64,000 bases of DNA from Bacteroidia bacterium. GTDB lineage: Bacteria; Bacteroidota; Bacteroidia; M30B66. The position numbers and the translations under genes were made by a program. Under the pieces are notes generated by a model. It worked only from the letters and a program-made list of their open reading frames with translations. It ran no database searches and was not told the origin of the DNA. Below are positions 18,945 to 29,473 of the stretch, piece by piece. The first letter of the stretch is position 1, and each line of letters begins with the position of its first letter. The stretch lies in contig OZ257142.1 in NCBI GenBank assembly GCA_965279035.1, positions 1,120,001-1,184,000 on the forward strand, written 5' to 3'.

Positions 18945-19862
18945 TTATAGTTTGTCGAACAGCAATGCCAGCTGAACTACAGGCAAATAAATGAATGAAG
19001 CATACAAAAGTTTACGCGCATCACTTATTTCTAATGTTGTATGAAGTCGTATGGCTTTTATCATGAAATAAATTCCACACAGGGTGATTATGATAGCAGA
19101 TAGGATTCCCGACATTCTGAAAAAATAGGGGAGAAGTCCGAAAGGGATGATGCTTGCTGTGTACACCATAACTTGTAATGCAGACGTTTTAGATCTTCCA
19201 TCCGAAGCAGGAAGCATCTGAAATCCAGCTTTTTTATAATCATCATCTAGCATCCAAGCCAGTGCCCAGAAATGGGGAAATTGCCATATAAATTGAATTC
19301 CAAATAATATTAAGGCTTGAATGCTCATTTCGCCCGAAACAGCAATCCAACCGAGCATAGGTGGAATAGCACCAGGAATGGCACCAACAAAAACAGCAAA
19401 TGGGGTGATTCGTTTAAGTGGTGTATAAATAGCCACATAAGAAACAAGTGCAATCAAACCTAAAATCCCCGATAAAGGATTTACATAAATCCAAAGAATT
19501 CCAATTCCTGCAATTCCAATAATTCCTGAAAAGATAAGTGCTTCCGCATGTGTCAGTCTATCCTTTGGCATTGGTCTGTTTTCGGTCCGTGCCATGAGCC
19601 GATCTAAATCTTTTTCAATGATTTGGTTGAATGCATTAGACGCTCCAGTAACCAAAAAACCACCTAAAGTTAAAATTAAAGCAATGGACCAATCTGGATT
19701 TTTGGCTGCCATTAAATAGGAGACAACTGCAGAAAAAACAACCAAAGAAGCCAATCGGAGTTTAAGCAATTGACCTAAATCACTGACTTTGGAAGTTAAT
19801 GCACTTGAATTTGAAGATTCTGATATTTCGTCTGTCAACACCTTTCTTAGGAATTGCCGCAA
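18945..19862 (-). CDS. cyoE: Protoheme IX farnesyltransferase (heme o synthase); start uncertain
   Basis: NQIIEKDLDRLMARTENRP, YTPLKR, WQFPHFWALAW. Confidence 0.93.
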   Translation of the reverse strand: MRQFLRKVLTDEISESSNSSALTSKVSDLGQLLKLRLASLVVFSAVVSYLMAAKNPDWSIALILTLGGFLVTGASNAFNQIIEKDLDRLMARTENRPMPKDRLTHAEALIFSGIIGIAGIGILWIYVNPLSGILGLIALVSYVAIYTPLKRITPFAVFVGAIPGAIPPMLGWIAVSGEMSIQALILFGIQFIWQFPHFWALAWMLDDDYKKAGFQMLPASDGRSKTSALQVMVYTASIIPFGLLPYFFRMSGILSAIIITLCGIYFMIKAIRLHTTLEISDARKLLYASFIYLPVVQLALLFDKL

Positions 19863-19914
19863 AAATAGGTAAAACCTACGCTCAGCAGACGAATGAACTA
19901 TTTATTTGTTTAAA

Positions 19915-21552
19915 TCAGAAATCATAATACCGATTAGGCAATGTAGTTCTGAAACTGAAGAAAACCCAATTCGTACTTCGGGTAATTTTTGAGTTTTCTT
20001 GTGTTCTTCGAGAAAATGTGAGTTCTAAACGCATGTTCGTGCGCGTATTGATGAGCCACGATACAGTCATATCTGTATAGAGCAAGGTATTTTTAAAACC
20101 TTGTAATACATAGTTCCCATAAATTGAAGGAACCATAGTTGGTCCACTACCAATTTCTGCGGTTCCAGCAAAAATGTTCTGACCAAAATTACTTGTCGTA
20201 CCATTGGAGGATGTTGTATCAGCTCCATATTGAGCAAGTAGGATTTTTCCTTGAAATCCCCAACGTTTGTAACGATACCGTAAGAACTGAACATTCTCTA
20301 TGAAATTCGCACCGAGAGGATGGGCTAAAGGCTGTGCGAAGTGTGTATAGCTTTGTTCTCCAGTAAAATGTCCATACGTATATGGGCGAACAAAATTGAA
20401 TTCATTTTGCCAGACTAGATTTTTTATACCTAAGAAATCATAGAATTTCCAACCGAGTTGAAGGGCTTGTTTATTTGCCCACCAGCCATTTCCAGCTTTC
20501 ACTTCTTTAAGGGAAAACTCATCCAACAAAACCTGTCCGTACAATTGATACTTTTTCAGAATCATGGCTTTGAAATTCATTCCAATAAGCACATTGTCTG
20601 GCGAACCTCTTGAAAACTCTACCGGGCGATAAAAAATAATCGGGTTGAGGTAATTCACATCAAATCCTCTGCGAGCTCCAGTTGTATCTCCTCCTTGCCA
20701 AATAATCGATTCGAACAAACCGATATTCAGCCATTTGGTGGCATTCAAACTTAAATGATGATAGGTAGCAAACTTTTGTAAATAACCGCCAACACCACTA
20801 TTAGAAGCATTTCCAATATTCTGATAGCTAACAAATAAATTGGTGTAGCGCAATTTCCAAAAGGTTGTGCTAATTCGGAAATAGGGTTGATTAAATGCAT
20901 TATCGGATAAAAACAATGAGCGATATCCATCACCAATAAACAACTTGTCATTCCCAAATTGAAAATTGAAATATTTCGAAGGAGAATAGGAAACATATCC
21001 TGTCGCCATGGCATAATCCCAACCATTACTGCCAAAAGGTTTTACTCTTCCCTGCCCAGGTACAACATGATTTTTCTGAATAAAGCTATCTACATAATTC
21101 ACCATACGTCCTTGGTTTTCCCAAACGCTGGAATAGAATGAAACCTTCTTTCCAATATTCCCAAAAATCTGAAGGCCACGGGAATTTTGATACGTGGTAT
21201 TTCCTGTGAGTTGATCTTTTCCAATATCAAAGGAAAAAAGTGGATCAACTGCAATCATATAATCGTTCGAATCGAGCTTTAAAAAATTATCACTCAGTAA
21301 TTTTCTTCCAACCCAACTTCTAGAAAATTTACTGTTTCCTGATTTTATACCTGCTGCTGTATCTGGAAGAATGGATTTACGAATATCCTCCATACGCCAA
21401 GGTTTTACAGCGGTATGCTGATTTGATCCAACAGCATTCATCGCTTTATCAATTAAGTTGTATTGATAATTATCGAGAACAAAATTGCTTTGCTGAGCTT
21501 GAATTCCACACAGAGCGAAAAGAATGAAAATGATTGTTAAAAGTGCTTTCAT
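19915..21552 (-). CDS. RemB/Wzi-like outer-membrane beta-barrel protein
   Basis: Signal peptide; GDGYRSLFLSDNA, NYLNPIIFYRPVE, YGQVLLDEF, PLAHPLGANF; C-terminal F. Confidence 0.7.
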   Translation of the reverse strand: MKALLTIIFILFALCGIQAQQSNFVLDNYQYNLIDKAMNAVGSNQHTAVKPWRMEDIRKSILPDTAAGIKSGNSKFSRSWVGRKLLSDNFLKLDSNDYMIAVDPLFSFDIGKDQLTGNTTYQNSRGLQIFGNIGKKVSFYSSVWENQGRMVNYVDSFIQKNHVVPGQGRVKPFGSNGWDYAMATGYVSYSPSKYFNFQFGNDKLFIGDGYRSLFLSDNAFNQPYFRISTTFWKLRYTNLFVSYQNIGNASNSGVGGYLQKFATYHHLSLNATKWLNIGLFESIIWQGGDTTGARRGFDVNYLNPIIFYRPVEFSRGSPDNVLIGMNFKAMILKKYQLYGQVLLDEFSLKEVKAGNGWWANKQALQLGWKFYDFLGIKNLVWQNEFNFVRPYTYGHFTGEQSYTHFAQPLAHPLGANFIENVQFLRYRYKRWGFQGKILLAQYGADTTSSNGTTSNFGQNIFAGTAEIGSGPTMVPSIYGNYVLQGFKNTLLYTDMTVSWLINTRTNMRLELTFSRRTQENSKITRSTNWVFFSFRTTLPNRYYDF

Positions 21553-22637
21553 GTATGCGCAGTGTTTCGTCTTTTAATAAGAACTCGGTTCCATAAGAGA
21601 ACTGTAAAAATGATTGCAGGAAGTGGAACACAAATTAAAACAAGAATCAATTCAATATCTTCTTTACATAAATTGAGGAGAAATGCAGTTAAAGCAGAAC
21701 TGATCAATGATAATCCAACAAGAATGAGTGTTGCACCAACATGACTTAATCCGGTTTCTAATAATAAATGATGAAGATGGTTTCGGTCTCCTCGAAATGG
21801 ATTTTTTTGATGAACTATGCGGATAAAAAAAACGCGGACCATATCAAACAAAGGCACAATCATTAAAGAAAATACAATGCATGGTTCATCAGGAATTACA
21901 CTGCCATTGTTACAATGATTGACATAACTCAATTGTGTCATTGCAAAAGCCAGTGTGTAGCCAATGGGTAATGAACCACAATCACCCATGAATATTTTCG
22001 GTTTCAGAAAGTTGAAGAATAGAAATGCCAATAATGCTCCAGCAAAGGCAAAACTAACATGGTAAATATCCGGACCTCCCATTACTCCCATTCCTATAAA
22101 TGCAATCATACCAATACTTCCCGCCAATCCATTTATTCCATCAATTAAATTGAAGGCATTCACAATCCAAAAAGCAACAAATAAGGTAAAAGGCCATTCA
22201 ATCGAACTAAGCCATGTTATTTCGGATGACAATTCATGTATTGGAATCCGGTTGTACCAAGTCATTAATACAATAGGAATTAACTCACCCAACAACTTAA
22301 TAAATGGACTAACGGGTTGCATATCATCCCAAAGACCAACGAAAAATAATATGAGTAAACCAGCTAAGAAATAGCGCAGATGGATGAGCGTATCGGGACC
22401 GGCTATGAGAAAAGTGCTAATTAATAAAGCTCCCATAATGGCCACGCCACCTAATCGAGGAATTTCAGGTGAATGGATTTTGCGTTCATTGGGAATGTCG
22501 AACAACTGTCTGTGAGTCGCAAAACGGATAACAGCAGGTGTTAGAATCAAGCAAATGAAAAAGGCAACAAAAAAAGGCTCCACGCGCGGTGTTGTTCCGG
22601 GCGAAATTAACGGTTTTTCTTTCTGTTCAAATACCAA
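21549..22637 (-). CDS. WecA/MraY-family (glycosyl transferase 4) undecaprenyl-phosphate sugar-1-phosphate transferase; start probably near 22583
   Basis: RKIH..PRLGG, GLWDD, NAFNLIDGING, IFMGDCGS, DRNHLHH. Confidence 0.9.
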   Translation of the reverse strand: MVFEQKEKPLISPGTTPRVEPFFVAFFICLILTPAVIRFATHRQLFDIPNERKIHSPEIPRLGGVAIMGALLISTFLIAGPDTLIHLRYFLAGLLILFFVGLWDDMQPVSPFIKLLGELIPIVLMTWYNRIPIHELSSEITWLSSIEWPFTLFVAFWIVNAFNLIDGINGLAGSIGMIAFIGMGVMGGPDIYHVSFAFAGALLAFLFFNFLKPKIFMGDCGSLPIGYTLAFAMTQLSYVNHCNNGSVIPDEPCIVFSLMIVPLFDMVRVFFIRIVHQKNPFRGDRNHLHHLLLETGLSHVGATLILVGLSLISSALTAFLLNLCKEDIELILVLICVPLPAIIFTVLLWNRVLIKRRNTAHT

Positions 22638-23578
22638 CGAATCATCTTCTCCATTCCAAATTCAATACTGTATTTGGGTTTGAAGCCGAGTTCTCGAATG
22701 TAAGCTGCGCTATGATTGGTTTGAGTAATTAACTTCTTAACTCGTTTAGATGATATTTTCAGATTCTTACCACTCAATGCAATATAGAGATCGAATGGCA
22801 TTGCAAGTAGTATTGAAAACCAAACAGGCAAATTCAAGCGAATTTTCTTTCCTAAAAAACCTGCTTGCATATCGGCTATCTTTCTACTACTCAATTGTGG
22901 TTCATCTACATAATTGAAAAGCAATACTCCGCTTTCAATTGAATTCATGGCAAAAATTGCTGCATCTACTATATTCTCTACATAAGCAAGCGATTTAATA
23001 TTATCCGATTTGCCTACATGAAAATACAAACCTTCATCAATCGCTTTGATTAAATTGAGCACATTGGCTAAATTATGTGGACCAAAAACCACAGTTGAGC
23101 GCACAATGATAAGTTTCCTATTAGGATCTTTTTCTGCCCATCGTATGAAGCTTGCTTCCGCTTCTAATTTAGATGCACCATAGGGATTATTCGGAGCTGG
23201 TTTGGTTGATTCACTTGTTGGACCGGGATTACCTTGTGAACCGTATACAGCAACCGAGGAGAAATTGATAATCGTTTTTACTTTGGCTCTTTCTGCTTCC
23301 GATATTAATACCTCAGCCCCTCGAACATTGGTGTCAAAATATTCTTTATCGGCAATGCCGAAATCGTGATGCATGGCTGCCAAATGAATGAGTGTATCTG
23401 CTCCTTGAATTGAATTACGTACATCAGATAAATTGCGAATATCTCCCTGAAAATAAGTAGCATGAGAAGTATAGTCGGGAGTTCTCAAATCCAGGTTATT
23501 TATTTCCCTATCCTTGAATCGTTCCACAAAATAACGTCCGATAAATCCCGAACCTCCGGTAATTAGCAATTTGGCCAT
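22607..23578 (-). CDS. NAD-dependent epimerase/dehydratase
   Basis: ITGGSGFIG and YGASK motifs; likely start MAKLL. Confidence 0.9.
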   Translation of the reverse strand: MAKLLITGGSGFIGRYFVERFKDREINNLDLRTPDYTSHATYFQGDIRNLSDVRNSIQGADTLIHLAAMHHDFGIADKEYFDTNVRGAEVLISEAERAKVKTIINFSSVAVYGSQGNPGPTSESTKPAPNNPYGASKLEAEASFIRWAEKDPNRKLIIVRSTVVFGPHNLANVLNLIKAIDEGLYFHVGKSDNIKSLAYVENIVDAAIFAMNSIESGVLLFNYVDEPQLSSRKIADMQAGFLGKKIRLNLPVWFSILLAMPFDLYIALSGKNLKISSKRVKKLITQTNHSAAYIRELGFKPKYSIEFGMEKMIRWYLNRKKNR

Positions 23579-23637
23579 TGGGCGCGAAGGTACATTCATT
23601 TTTTTTCGATCAATCGGGAAGGGATATATTTGCGCTT

Positions 23638-25059
23638 ATGAGTTCAATCAAACCACTCTTTTCTCCATCTCGCATATTGCTCTTTTTAGCAATCATTATC
23701 TTAGTTATAGTCAATATAATTAACCAAAGTACACATGATACTGGAGATTCGGTGATGCATTTTTTGTATGCTCGTCATGCTATGCATCATCCCATGCTCT
23801 ATCTCGAACATTGGGGAAAACCACTTTTTACTTTGTTGGCATCTCCATTTGCTGTTTTTGGTTGGACTGGAATGAAACTCTTTAATCTCCTCGTAACAAT
23901 CTTAAGTATTCTTTTTTTATCAGCTACTTCGGAGAATTTATTTCCTCAAAGTCGAGGTGCTGCATCATTAATTTTTGTCTCTGCTCCACAGCTCTTATTA
24001 ATTACTGCTAGTGGACTTACGGAACCCTTGTTTGGTTTGTTAATGAGCATTGCCATTTGGTCAGAATCTCGCAAACTATTTTGGTTAGGTGCTTTGATCA
24101 TATCATTCAGTATTTTTTCTCGTTCCGAAGGACAAATCATCCTCATTATCTGGTTATGTTGGTATATCTATCAAAAACGTTGGAAGGAAATTCCACTCTT
24201 TTTTATAGCTTTTTTCATTTATGCTATAATTGGCTATTTCTCAAAGTATCATGATTTCTGGTGGTATTTCACCAAGAATCCATACGAACAACCACGATTT
24301 GTTTATGGATCAGGTCCTTGGGATCACTTTCTAGTAAAATTTATAAGCATTAGTGGTCCTGTGCTGCTGATACTTGCCATTTTGGGAGTTTTGGGTGTAC
24401 TTATTAAATCGCTTCCAGCTTTTTTAATGAAGAAAGACCAAAAATCTAGCGTATTAGTATTGGCTTTTTTAAGTGTAGCAGGATTTCTATTCTTTCATTC
24501 CTATGCCTGGGCTAGTGGGCGTTTTGGCTCTTATGGATTGATGCGTGTTGTTATGGGAATTTATCCTTTAACAGTTCTTCTTATGGTCTTTTCATGGCAT
24601 GAATTGACAACCATTCTGAAAGGGAAATGGAATATGATTGTGCCGTATTTGATTCTCTTTATAGCGATAGTTTTTCCTTTTGCTGGGATGAACTATTCCA
24701 TTAAAGAGAGTGAATTGAAACAACATCCTTCTCTATTGCAAATGCAGGAATGTCTAGCTGATTTGAATAAATTAACCTATCCAGCACTTATTTCGGCAGC
24801 TCCTTTACCAGCATTTGTTACAGGTGCGGATTATTTTGATGACAAAAAGTTTAGGTACCTCAATTCAATAGAACTACCTTATTCACCTGAAGGTTCTATA
24901 ATCGTTTGGGATCATCACTTTGCTGGCTCCGATTTAAAACTTCCTGCCCATTTATTCCTAAGTGAACCTTCACGTTTCGAACTCATCAAAACCTGTGTTC
25001 CTAACCCAGGGCAGAAAGGAGATTCAATCTTGATTTTTAAGCTTTTGATAGCTCAATAA
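23638..25059 (+). CDS. Polytopic membrane protein, probable GT-C-fold glycosyltransferase
   Basis: About 11-12 TM segments; acidic first loop (DTGD); WGKPLF, SGLTEPLF, SRSEG. Confidence 0.6.
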   Translation: MSSIKPLFSPSRILLFLAIIILVIVNIINQSTHDTGDSVMHFLYARHAMHHPMLYLEHWGKPLFTLLASPFAVFGWTGMKLFNLLVTILSILFLSATSENLFPQSRGAASLIFVSAPQLLLITASGLTEPLFGLLMSIAIWSESRKLFWLGALIISFSIFSRSEGQIILIIWLCWYIYQKRWKEIPLFFIAFFIYAIIGYFSKYHDFWWYFTKNPYEQPRFVYGSGPWDHFLVKFISISGPVLLILAILGVLGVLIKSLPAFLMKKDQKSSVLVLAFLSVAGFLFFHSYAWASGRFGSYGLMRVVMGIYPLTVLLMVFSWHELTTILKGKWNMIVPYLILFIAIVFPFAGMNYSIKESELKQHPSLLQMQECLADLNKLTYPALISAAPLPAFVTGADYFDDKKFRYLNSIELPYSPEGSIIVWDHHFAGSDLKLPAHLFLSEPSRFELIKTCVPNPGQKGDSILIFKLLIAQ

Positions 25060-26290
25060 TCGTAATCTCAGGTTTAATTCCAACACGACCGAGATATCCC
25101 AAAAAGCCTAAACCGCGATTTACATAGATGTGCTGATTTCCATCTTGATATAATCCAGCCCATTGCTTATAAACATACTGTGATGGACTCCATTTAAACC
25201 CAGGAATTTCAATTCCAAACTGGAATCCATGTGTATGACCAGATAAAGTTAGGTTGATGTCTTTGTGATCTTTTAAAACTTGAGCATGCCAATGGGAAGG
25301 ATCGTGTGAAAGCAAAATCTTAACTGGCATTTCGGGCATTCCAGCTTTCGCTTTTACAATATCTCCTTTTCTTGGGAAACGTAAAGCTTCACCCCAATTT
25401 TCCACACCCAATAAACCAATCTGATCACCATTTCGTTCCAATATTCGGTGCTCATTGTTGAGCATGTCCCAACCCATTTCTTTGTGAATGTCTTTTAAAC
25501 GTTGAAGATTGGCTGCTTTTGCTTCTCTTGAATCCCATTCTACATAATCGCCATAATCATGATTTCCTAAAATCGAATAAATTCCTAATGGCGCACTTAA
25601 TTTCTTCCATGTTTCTATGTGACGTTCCGCTTCTGCCGATTTATCATTGACTAAGTCGCCCGTGAAAAAAATTACATCGGGTTTCTCATTCATAATCATC
25701 TCAACCGCCCGTTTAAAAGGTTCTCCACTTGCAAAAGATCCACTGTGGATGTCAGAAATTTGAACAATCTTCAATCCTTCAAAGCCTTTGGGAAGATTAG
25801 CAATGGGTATTTTATTACGGCGGATGGTAAAGTCGAATGCTGTTTTAATCATTCCATAAATCATTGAAGTAAATGGAATGGCAGCAACAGTAAGTGCTGT
25901 ATAACTGAGAAATTTCGCTCGACTGATTCCTCCCGATTTTACACCATCACTTGGTAAAACTCCTTGGTTGAAAAAACCAATCACCAATCGAACTAAACGT
26001 TGTATATCATCAACCAATAAAAAAACACTACCAAAGAGTTTACTGATTACAACAATGAAGATGAAACAGAAAACATAGAGATAGATGTATTTATTAAACC
26101 AAGGATTTTGGTAAGTCAATAAAGAAAATACTCCAAAAACAACACTGAAAGCGCTAAATCCCCAATAAATGCGAAACGTCCAGAATCTTCTGATTTCAGA
26201 CCATCCACTTGTAATGGTTTTTACAGCTTGAAAAAAATAGAAATCGATAAGCAGCAGAACTGCAAATAGGATAATAAATCGAACGAACAT
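25037..26290 (-). CDS. Membrane-anchored metallophosphoesterase (YkuE/YaeI-like)
   Basis: SDIH, TGDLVN, LGNHDY, LSHDP, SGHTHG. Confidence 0.9.
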   Translation of the reverse strand: MFVRFIILFAVLLLIDFYFFQAVKTITSGWSEIRRFWTFRIYWGFSAFSVVFGVFSLLTYQNPWFNKYIYLYVFCFIFIVVISKLFGSVFLLVDDIQRLVRLVIGFFNQGVLPSDGVKSGGISRAKFLSYTALTVAAIPFTSMIYGMIKTAFDFTIRRNKIPIANLPKGFEGLKIVQISDIHSGSFASGEPFKRAVEMIMNEKPDVIFFTGDLVNDKSAEAERHIETWKKLSAPLGIYSILGNHDYGDYVEWDSREAKAANLQRLKDIHKEMGWDMLNNEHRILERNGDQIGLLGVENWGEALRFPRKGDIVKAKAGMPEMPVKILLSHDPSHWHAQVLKDHKDINLTLSGHTHGFQFGIEIPGFKWSPSQYVYKQWAGLYQDGNQHIYVNRGLGFLGYLGRVGIKPEITIIELSKA

Positions 26291-27179
26291 GAAAGTAGCC
26301 AAAGGTTCTGAATGTGTGCGTGTTTGTCAAATGGCATGCAATTCGGGCAATACAAGCATGCAAGTACCCGAACAATTAAACTCCGGAAAGGTTTCGACCG
26401 CAAACATAAAGGATTTACACCTTTCCAAACAGCCAGAAAGTACATTGGAAGAGGAGCGACGTAAAGTCGTATTTAGTGCCATTTTTGCCGGATCACTCAT
26501 TATTGTACTTTGGATTGTCAAAATCTATGAATGGTTTTTCGATCTTGATTTACATCAACTTGCTTTACGTCCGAGAACACTAGAAGGTTTATCAGGAATC
26601 TTTTTCGAACCCTTGCTTCATGGAGATTGGAGTCACCTCATTTCGAATAGTGTTCCTTTGTTTCTGCTCCTCATGGCCACTTTGTATTTTTATCGTGGAA
26701 TAGGATTCCGTGTTTTAGGCTATATCTGGATTATTACAGGAGTTGGAGTTTGGCTTTTTGCCCGCGATAGTTATCATATTGGTGCCAGTGGAATTGTATA
26801 CGGCTTAGCTTCCTTTCTTGCTTTAAGTGGTGTTTTAAGAAACGATACGCGTTTAATGTCTATATCGCTACTGATCATTTTTCTTTATGGAGGAATGATT
26901 TGGGGAGTACTTCCATTATTTCAACACATATCTTGGGAATCCCATTTGGTGGGTGCTTTAGCCGGAATATTTTGTGCTATTCGTTATCGTAAACAAGGTC
27001 CGCCCATTCGTAAATATTTTGAGGATGAAGAAGAACTCGCTCCTTCACCAGAAGTACCAGAAGAAATGGGGCCTTTTCTTCCTCCAGATTTCCATCCAGG
27101 TCATCCTTCGCATGTTCATCCCGGAGGATTCTATTATCGATATGTACCCAAACAAACAGAAGAGGAATCAAAACCCTAA
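26289..27179 (+). CDS. Rhomboid-family intramembrane serine protease (true start probably downstream)
   Basis: HGDWSHLISN, GASG and ESHLVG motifs. Confidence 0.88.
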   Translation: MKVAKGSECVRVCQMACNSGNTSMQVPEQLNSGKVSTANIKDLHLSKQPESTLEEERRKVVFSAIFAGSLIIVLWIVKIYEWFFDLDLHQLALRPRTLEGLSGIFFEPLLHGDWSHLISNSVPLFLLLMATLYFYRGIGFRVLGYIWIITGVGVWLFARDSYHIGASGIVYGLASFLALSGVLRNDTRLMSISLLIIFLYGGMIWGVLPLFQHISWESHLVGALAGIFCAIRYRKQGPPIRKYFEDEEELAPSPEVPEEMGPFLPPDFHPGHPSHVHPGGFYYRYVPKQTEEESKP

Positions 27180-27188
27180 CTTCGCGGC

Positions 27189-29063
27189 GTGAATTATTTA
27201 CAGGTAGATCGTCTCTCCAAGTCGTTTGGAGAAAAAGTATTGTTCGAAAACATCAATTTCGGATTACAACAAGGCCAAAAAACAGCACTCGTAGCTAAGA
27301 ACGGAGCCGGAAAATCAACTCTTTTACGCATCCTGATGGGAAAAGAGATAGCCGATGCAGGCGATGTTGTTTTTCGTAACGATTGTGAAGTTGCCTATCT
27401 GGATCAACATCCACCATTCGAGCCAGAGCAAACCATTGTGGAAGCTGTCTTCGCTTGGAAAGATCCTCGTTTGGAAGCTATTCGAGAATATGAAGAATTA
27501 CTTGAAAATGATCCCGAAAGTGAGCGACTTCATGATGTGATTCAAAAGGTGGATGATCTCAAAGCTTGGGATATGGAAGCCAAAGTGAAGGAAATTTTAG
27601 GGAAACTTGATATTCATCACTTGGATCAGAAAATGGGACAGCTATCGGGCGGTCAGCGGAAACGTGTGTCACTAGCGGCCTTGCTCATTCGTGAACCCGA
27701 TTTGCTTTTACTCGATGAGCCAACCAACCACTTGGATGTGGATATGATCGAATGGCTCGAAGGATACTTGCGACAAAGTAATCTTACCTTGTTAATGGTT
27801 ACCCACGATCGGTATTTCCTCGATAATGTATGTACTGATATTTTAGAAATAGATCGTAAGTCGGTATTGCGTTACAAAGGAAATTACGCCTATTACTTGG
27901 AGAAGAAAGCGGCTGCTATTGAGATGTTTAACAGCGAAGTAGAAAAGGCGAAAAACACATTCACCAAGGAATTGGAATGGATGCGAAGAATGCCGAAAGC
28001 TCGCGGTACAAAGGCGAAATCACGTATCGACAGTTTTTATGAAGTGAAGGAAAAAGCTTCACAACGACGAAATGACGATAAGGTAGAATTGAGTGTAAAG
28101 ATGAATCGTTTGGGAGGAAAAATTCTCGAACTCATCAAGGTGTCCAAAGGATATGAAGGTAGAACGCTCATTCAGCCATTTACCTATACGTTTATCAAAG
28201 GTGAGAAAATCGGGATTGTTGGGAAAAATGGTTGTGGAAAATCGACTTTATTAAAGTTGATTATGAGCCAATTGGAGCCTGATTCCGGTAAAATTGTGGT
28301 TGGCGAAACTGTGATTTTCGGTTACTATTCGCAAGATGGAATGAAGCTGGCCGATGATAAACGGGTGATTGAAGTTGTGAAAGACATTGGTGAATATATT
28401 CCTTTGGCAAATGGTACAAACCTCACGGCATCACAACTTTTACAATTATTTCTCTTTCCACCAGAGATTCAATACACGTATGTTTCTAAGCTAAGCGGTG
28501 GTGAAAAGCGTCGTTTGTATTTGCTCACGGTGTTGATGAAGAATCCAAACTTCCTCATTCTCGATGAGCCAACCAACGACCTCGATATTCAAACACTCAA
28601 TATTCTTCAGGATTTCTTAGAGAATTTCAGTGGTTGTGTATTGATAGTTTCGCATGACCGTTTCTTTATGGATAATCTTGCAGATCATCTATTTGTGTTT
28701 GAAGGTGGTGGTGTGATTCGCGACTATAACGGAAACTACACCGATTATCGCCAAGAGCAGGCTGTTTTGGATAAAGCGAGTAAATTAGAACCAGCAGTTG
28801 TAGATCCAGTTCAGGTTATTGCTCCATCAGCTCCTAAGAAAGAGAAATCGAAACCGAGCTTTAAAGAAGTCCACGAACATCAACAACTCGAAAAGGAAAT
28901 TCCTCAATTAGAAGAACGTCTTGCAAGCCTAACAGCAAAGCTTAACAGCGGCATTTCTGATCATGTGGAATTGCAAAAGATTTCTCAAGAAATAACCGTG
29001 CTTTCTAATCAAATCGAAGAAAAGTCGATGCGTTGGTTGGAGCTTTCTGAGATTGTTGGATAA
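27189..29063 (+). CDS. ABC-F family ATPase (Uup-like)
   Basis: Two nucleotide-binding domains (NGAGKST/LSGGQ, NGCGKST/LSGGE), no TM segments, coiled-coil tail ending RWLEL. Confidence 0.93.
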   Translation: MNYLQVDRLSKSFGEKVLFENINFGLQQGQKTALVAKNGAGKSTLLRILMGKEIADAGDVVFRNDCEVAYLDQHPPFEPEQTIVEAVFAWKDPRLEAIREYEELLENDPESERLHDVIQKVDDLKAWDMEAKVKEILGKLDIHHLDQKMGQLSGGQRKRVSLAALLIREPDLLLLDEPTNHLDVDMIEWLEGYLRQSNLTLLMVTHDRYFLDNVCTDILEIDRKSVLRYKGNYAYYLEKKAAAIEMFNSEVEKAKNTFTKELEWMRRMPKARGTKAKSRIDSFYEVKEKASQRRNDDKVELSVKMNRLGGKILELIKVSKGYEGRTLIQPFTYTFIKGEKIGIVGKNGCGKSTLLKLIMSQLEPDSGKIVVGETVIFGYYSQDGMKLADDKRVIEVVKDIGEYIPLANGTNLTASQLLQLFLFPPEIQYTYVSKLSGGEKRRLYLLTVLMKNPNFLILDEPTNDLDIQTLNILQDFLENFSGCVLIVSHDRFFMDNLADHLFVFEGGGVIRDYNGNYTDYRQEQAVLDKASKLEPAVVDPVQVIAPSAPKKEKSKPSFKEVHEHQQLEKEIPQLEERLASLTAKLNSGISDHVELQKISQEITVLSNQIEEKSMRWLELSEIVG

Positions 29064-29223
29064 AGTTTAGGTGATTAAAAAGGATTAAAAGAATAGGAAA
29101 CAATAAATTTTTTTTTAACAGTGTTTATAGTTTACACCAAGACACATTGCTAGAGTAATTCCTTAAAAACTAAATTATTATAGATTAATTTTAGGTTTAG
29201 ACACTTATCAGTGCGATGGCTAT

Positions 29224-29368
29224 GTCTGGGCGGCGAGGGTGTGTTTCGACTTTGATTAGAAAAATGATTGTCCGAGCAGAATAGTCGAAAAAAGGCATTG
29301 TGTGTAAGCAGCATCGTCCAGACTTGACCTTCTTTGATTACTTTCTTGTGTCAAGACAAGAAAGTAAT
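29224..29368 (+). other. Structured intergenic element (nested stems plus a 13-bp perfect hairpin)
   Basis: gtctgggcgg/tcgtccagac stem with G-U pairs; tttcgact/agtcgaaa; attactttcttgt-gtcaag-acaagaaagtaat. Confidence 0.55.
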
Positions 29369-29473
29369 ACGTCGTAGACAAACATGATTGATTAATTGAT
29401 AAGATACTACCTCAACCTTAATTGATTAATGTGAGAAATTCAAATTCATTATTCAACTTCTTATCAGGTTTAG

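Noticed and set aside
15658-19862. Oxidase cluster with two subunit III genes and no subunits I/II
   Set aside because: A split subunit III and a separate accessory cluster are usual in Bacteroidota.
23578-26445. Apparent head-to-head gene overlaps at 23578-23599 and 26289-26302
   Set aside because: Artefacts of longest-ORF start choice; downstream starts remove or nearly remove them.
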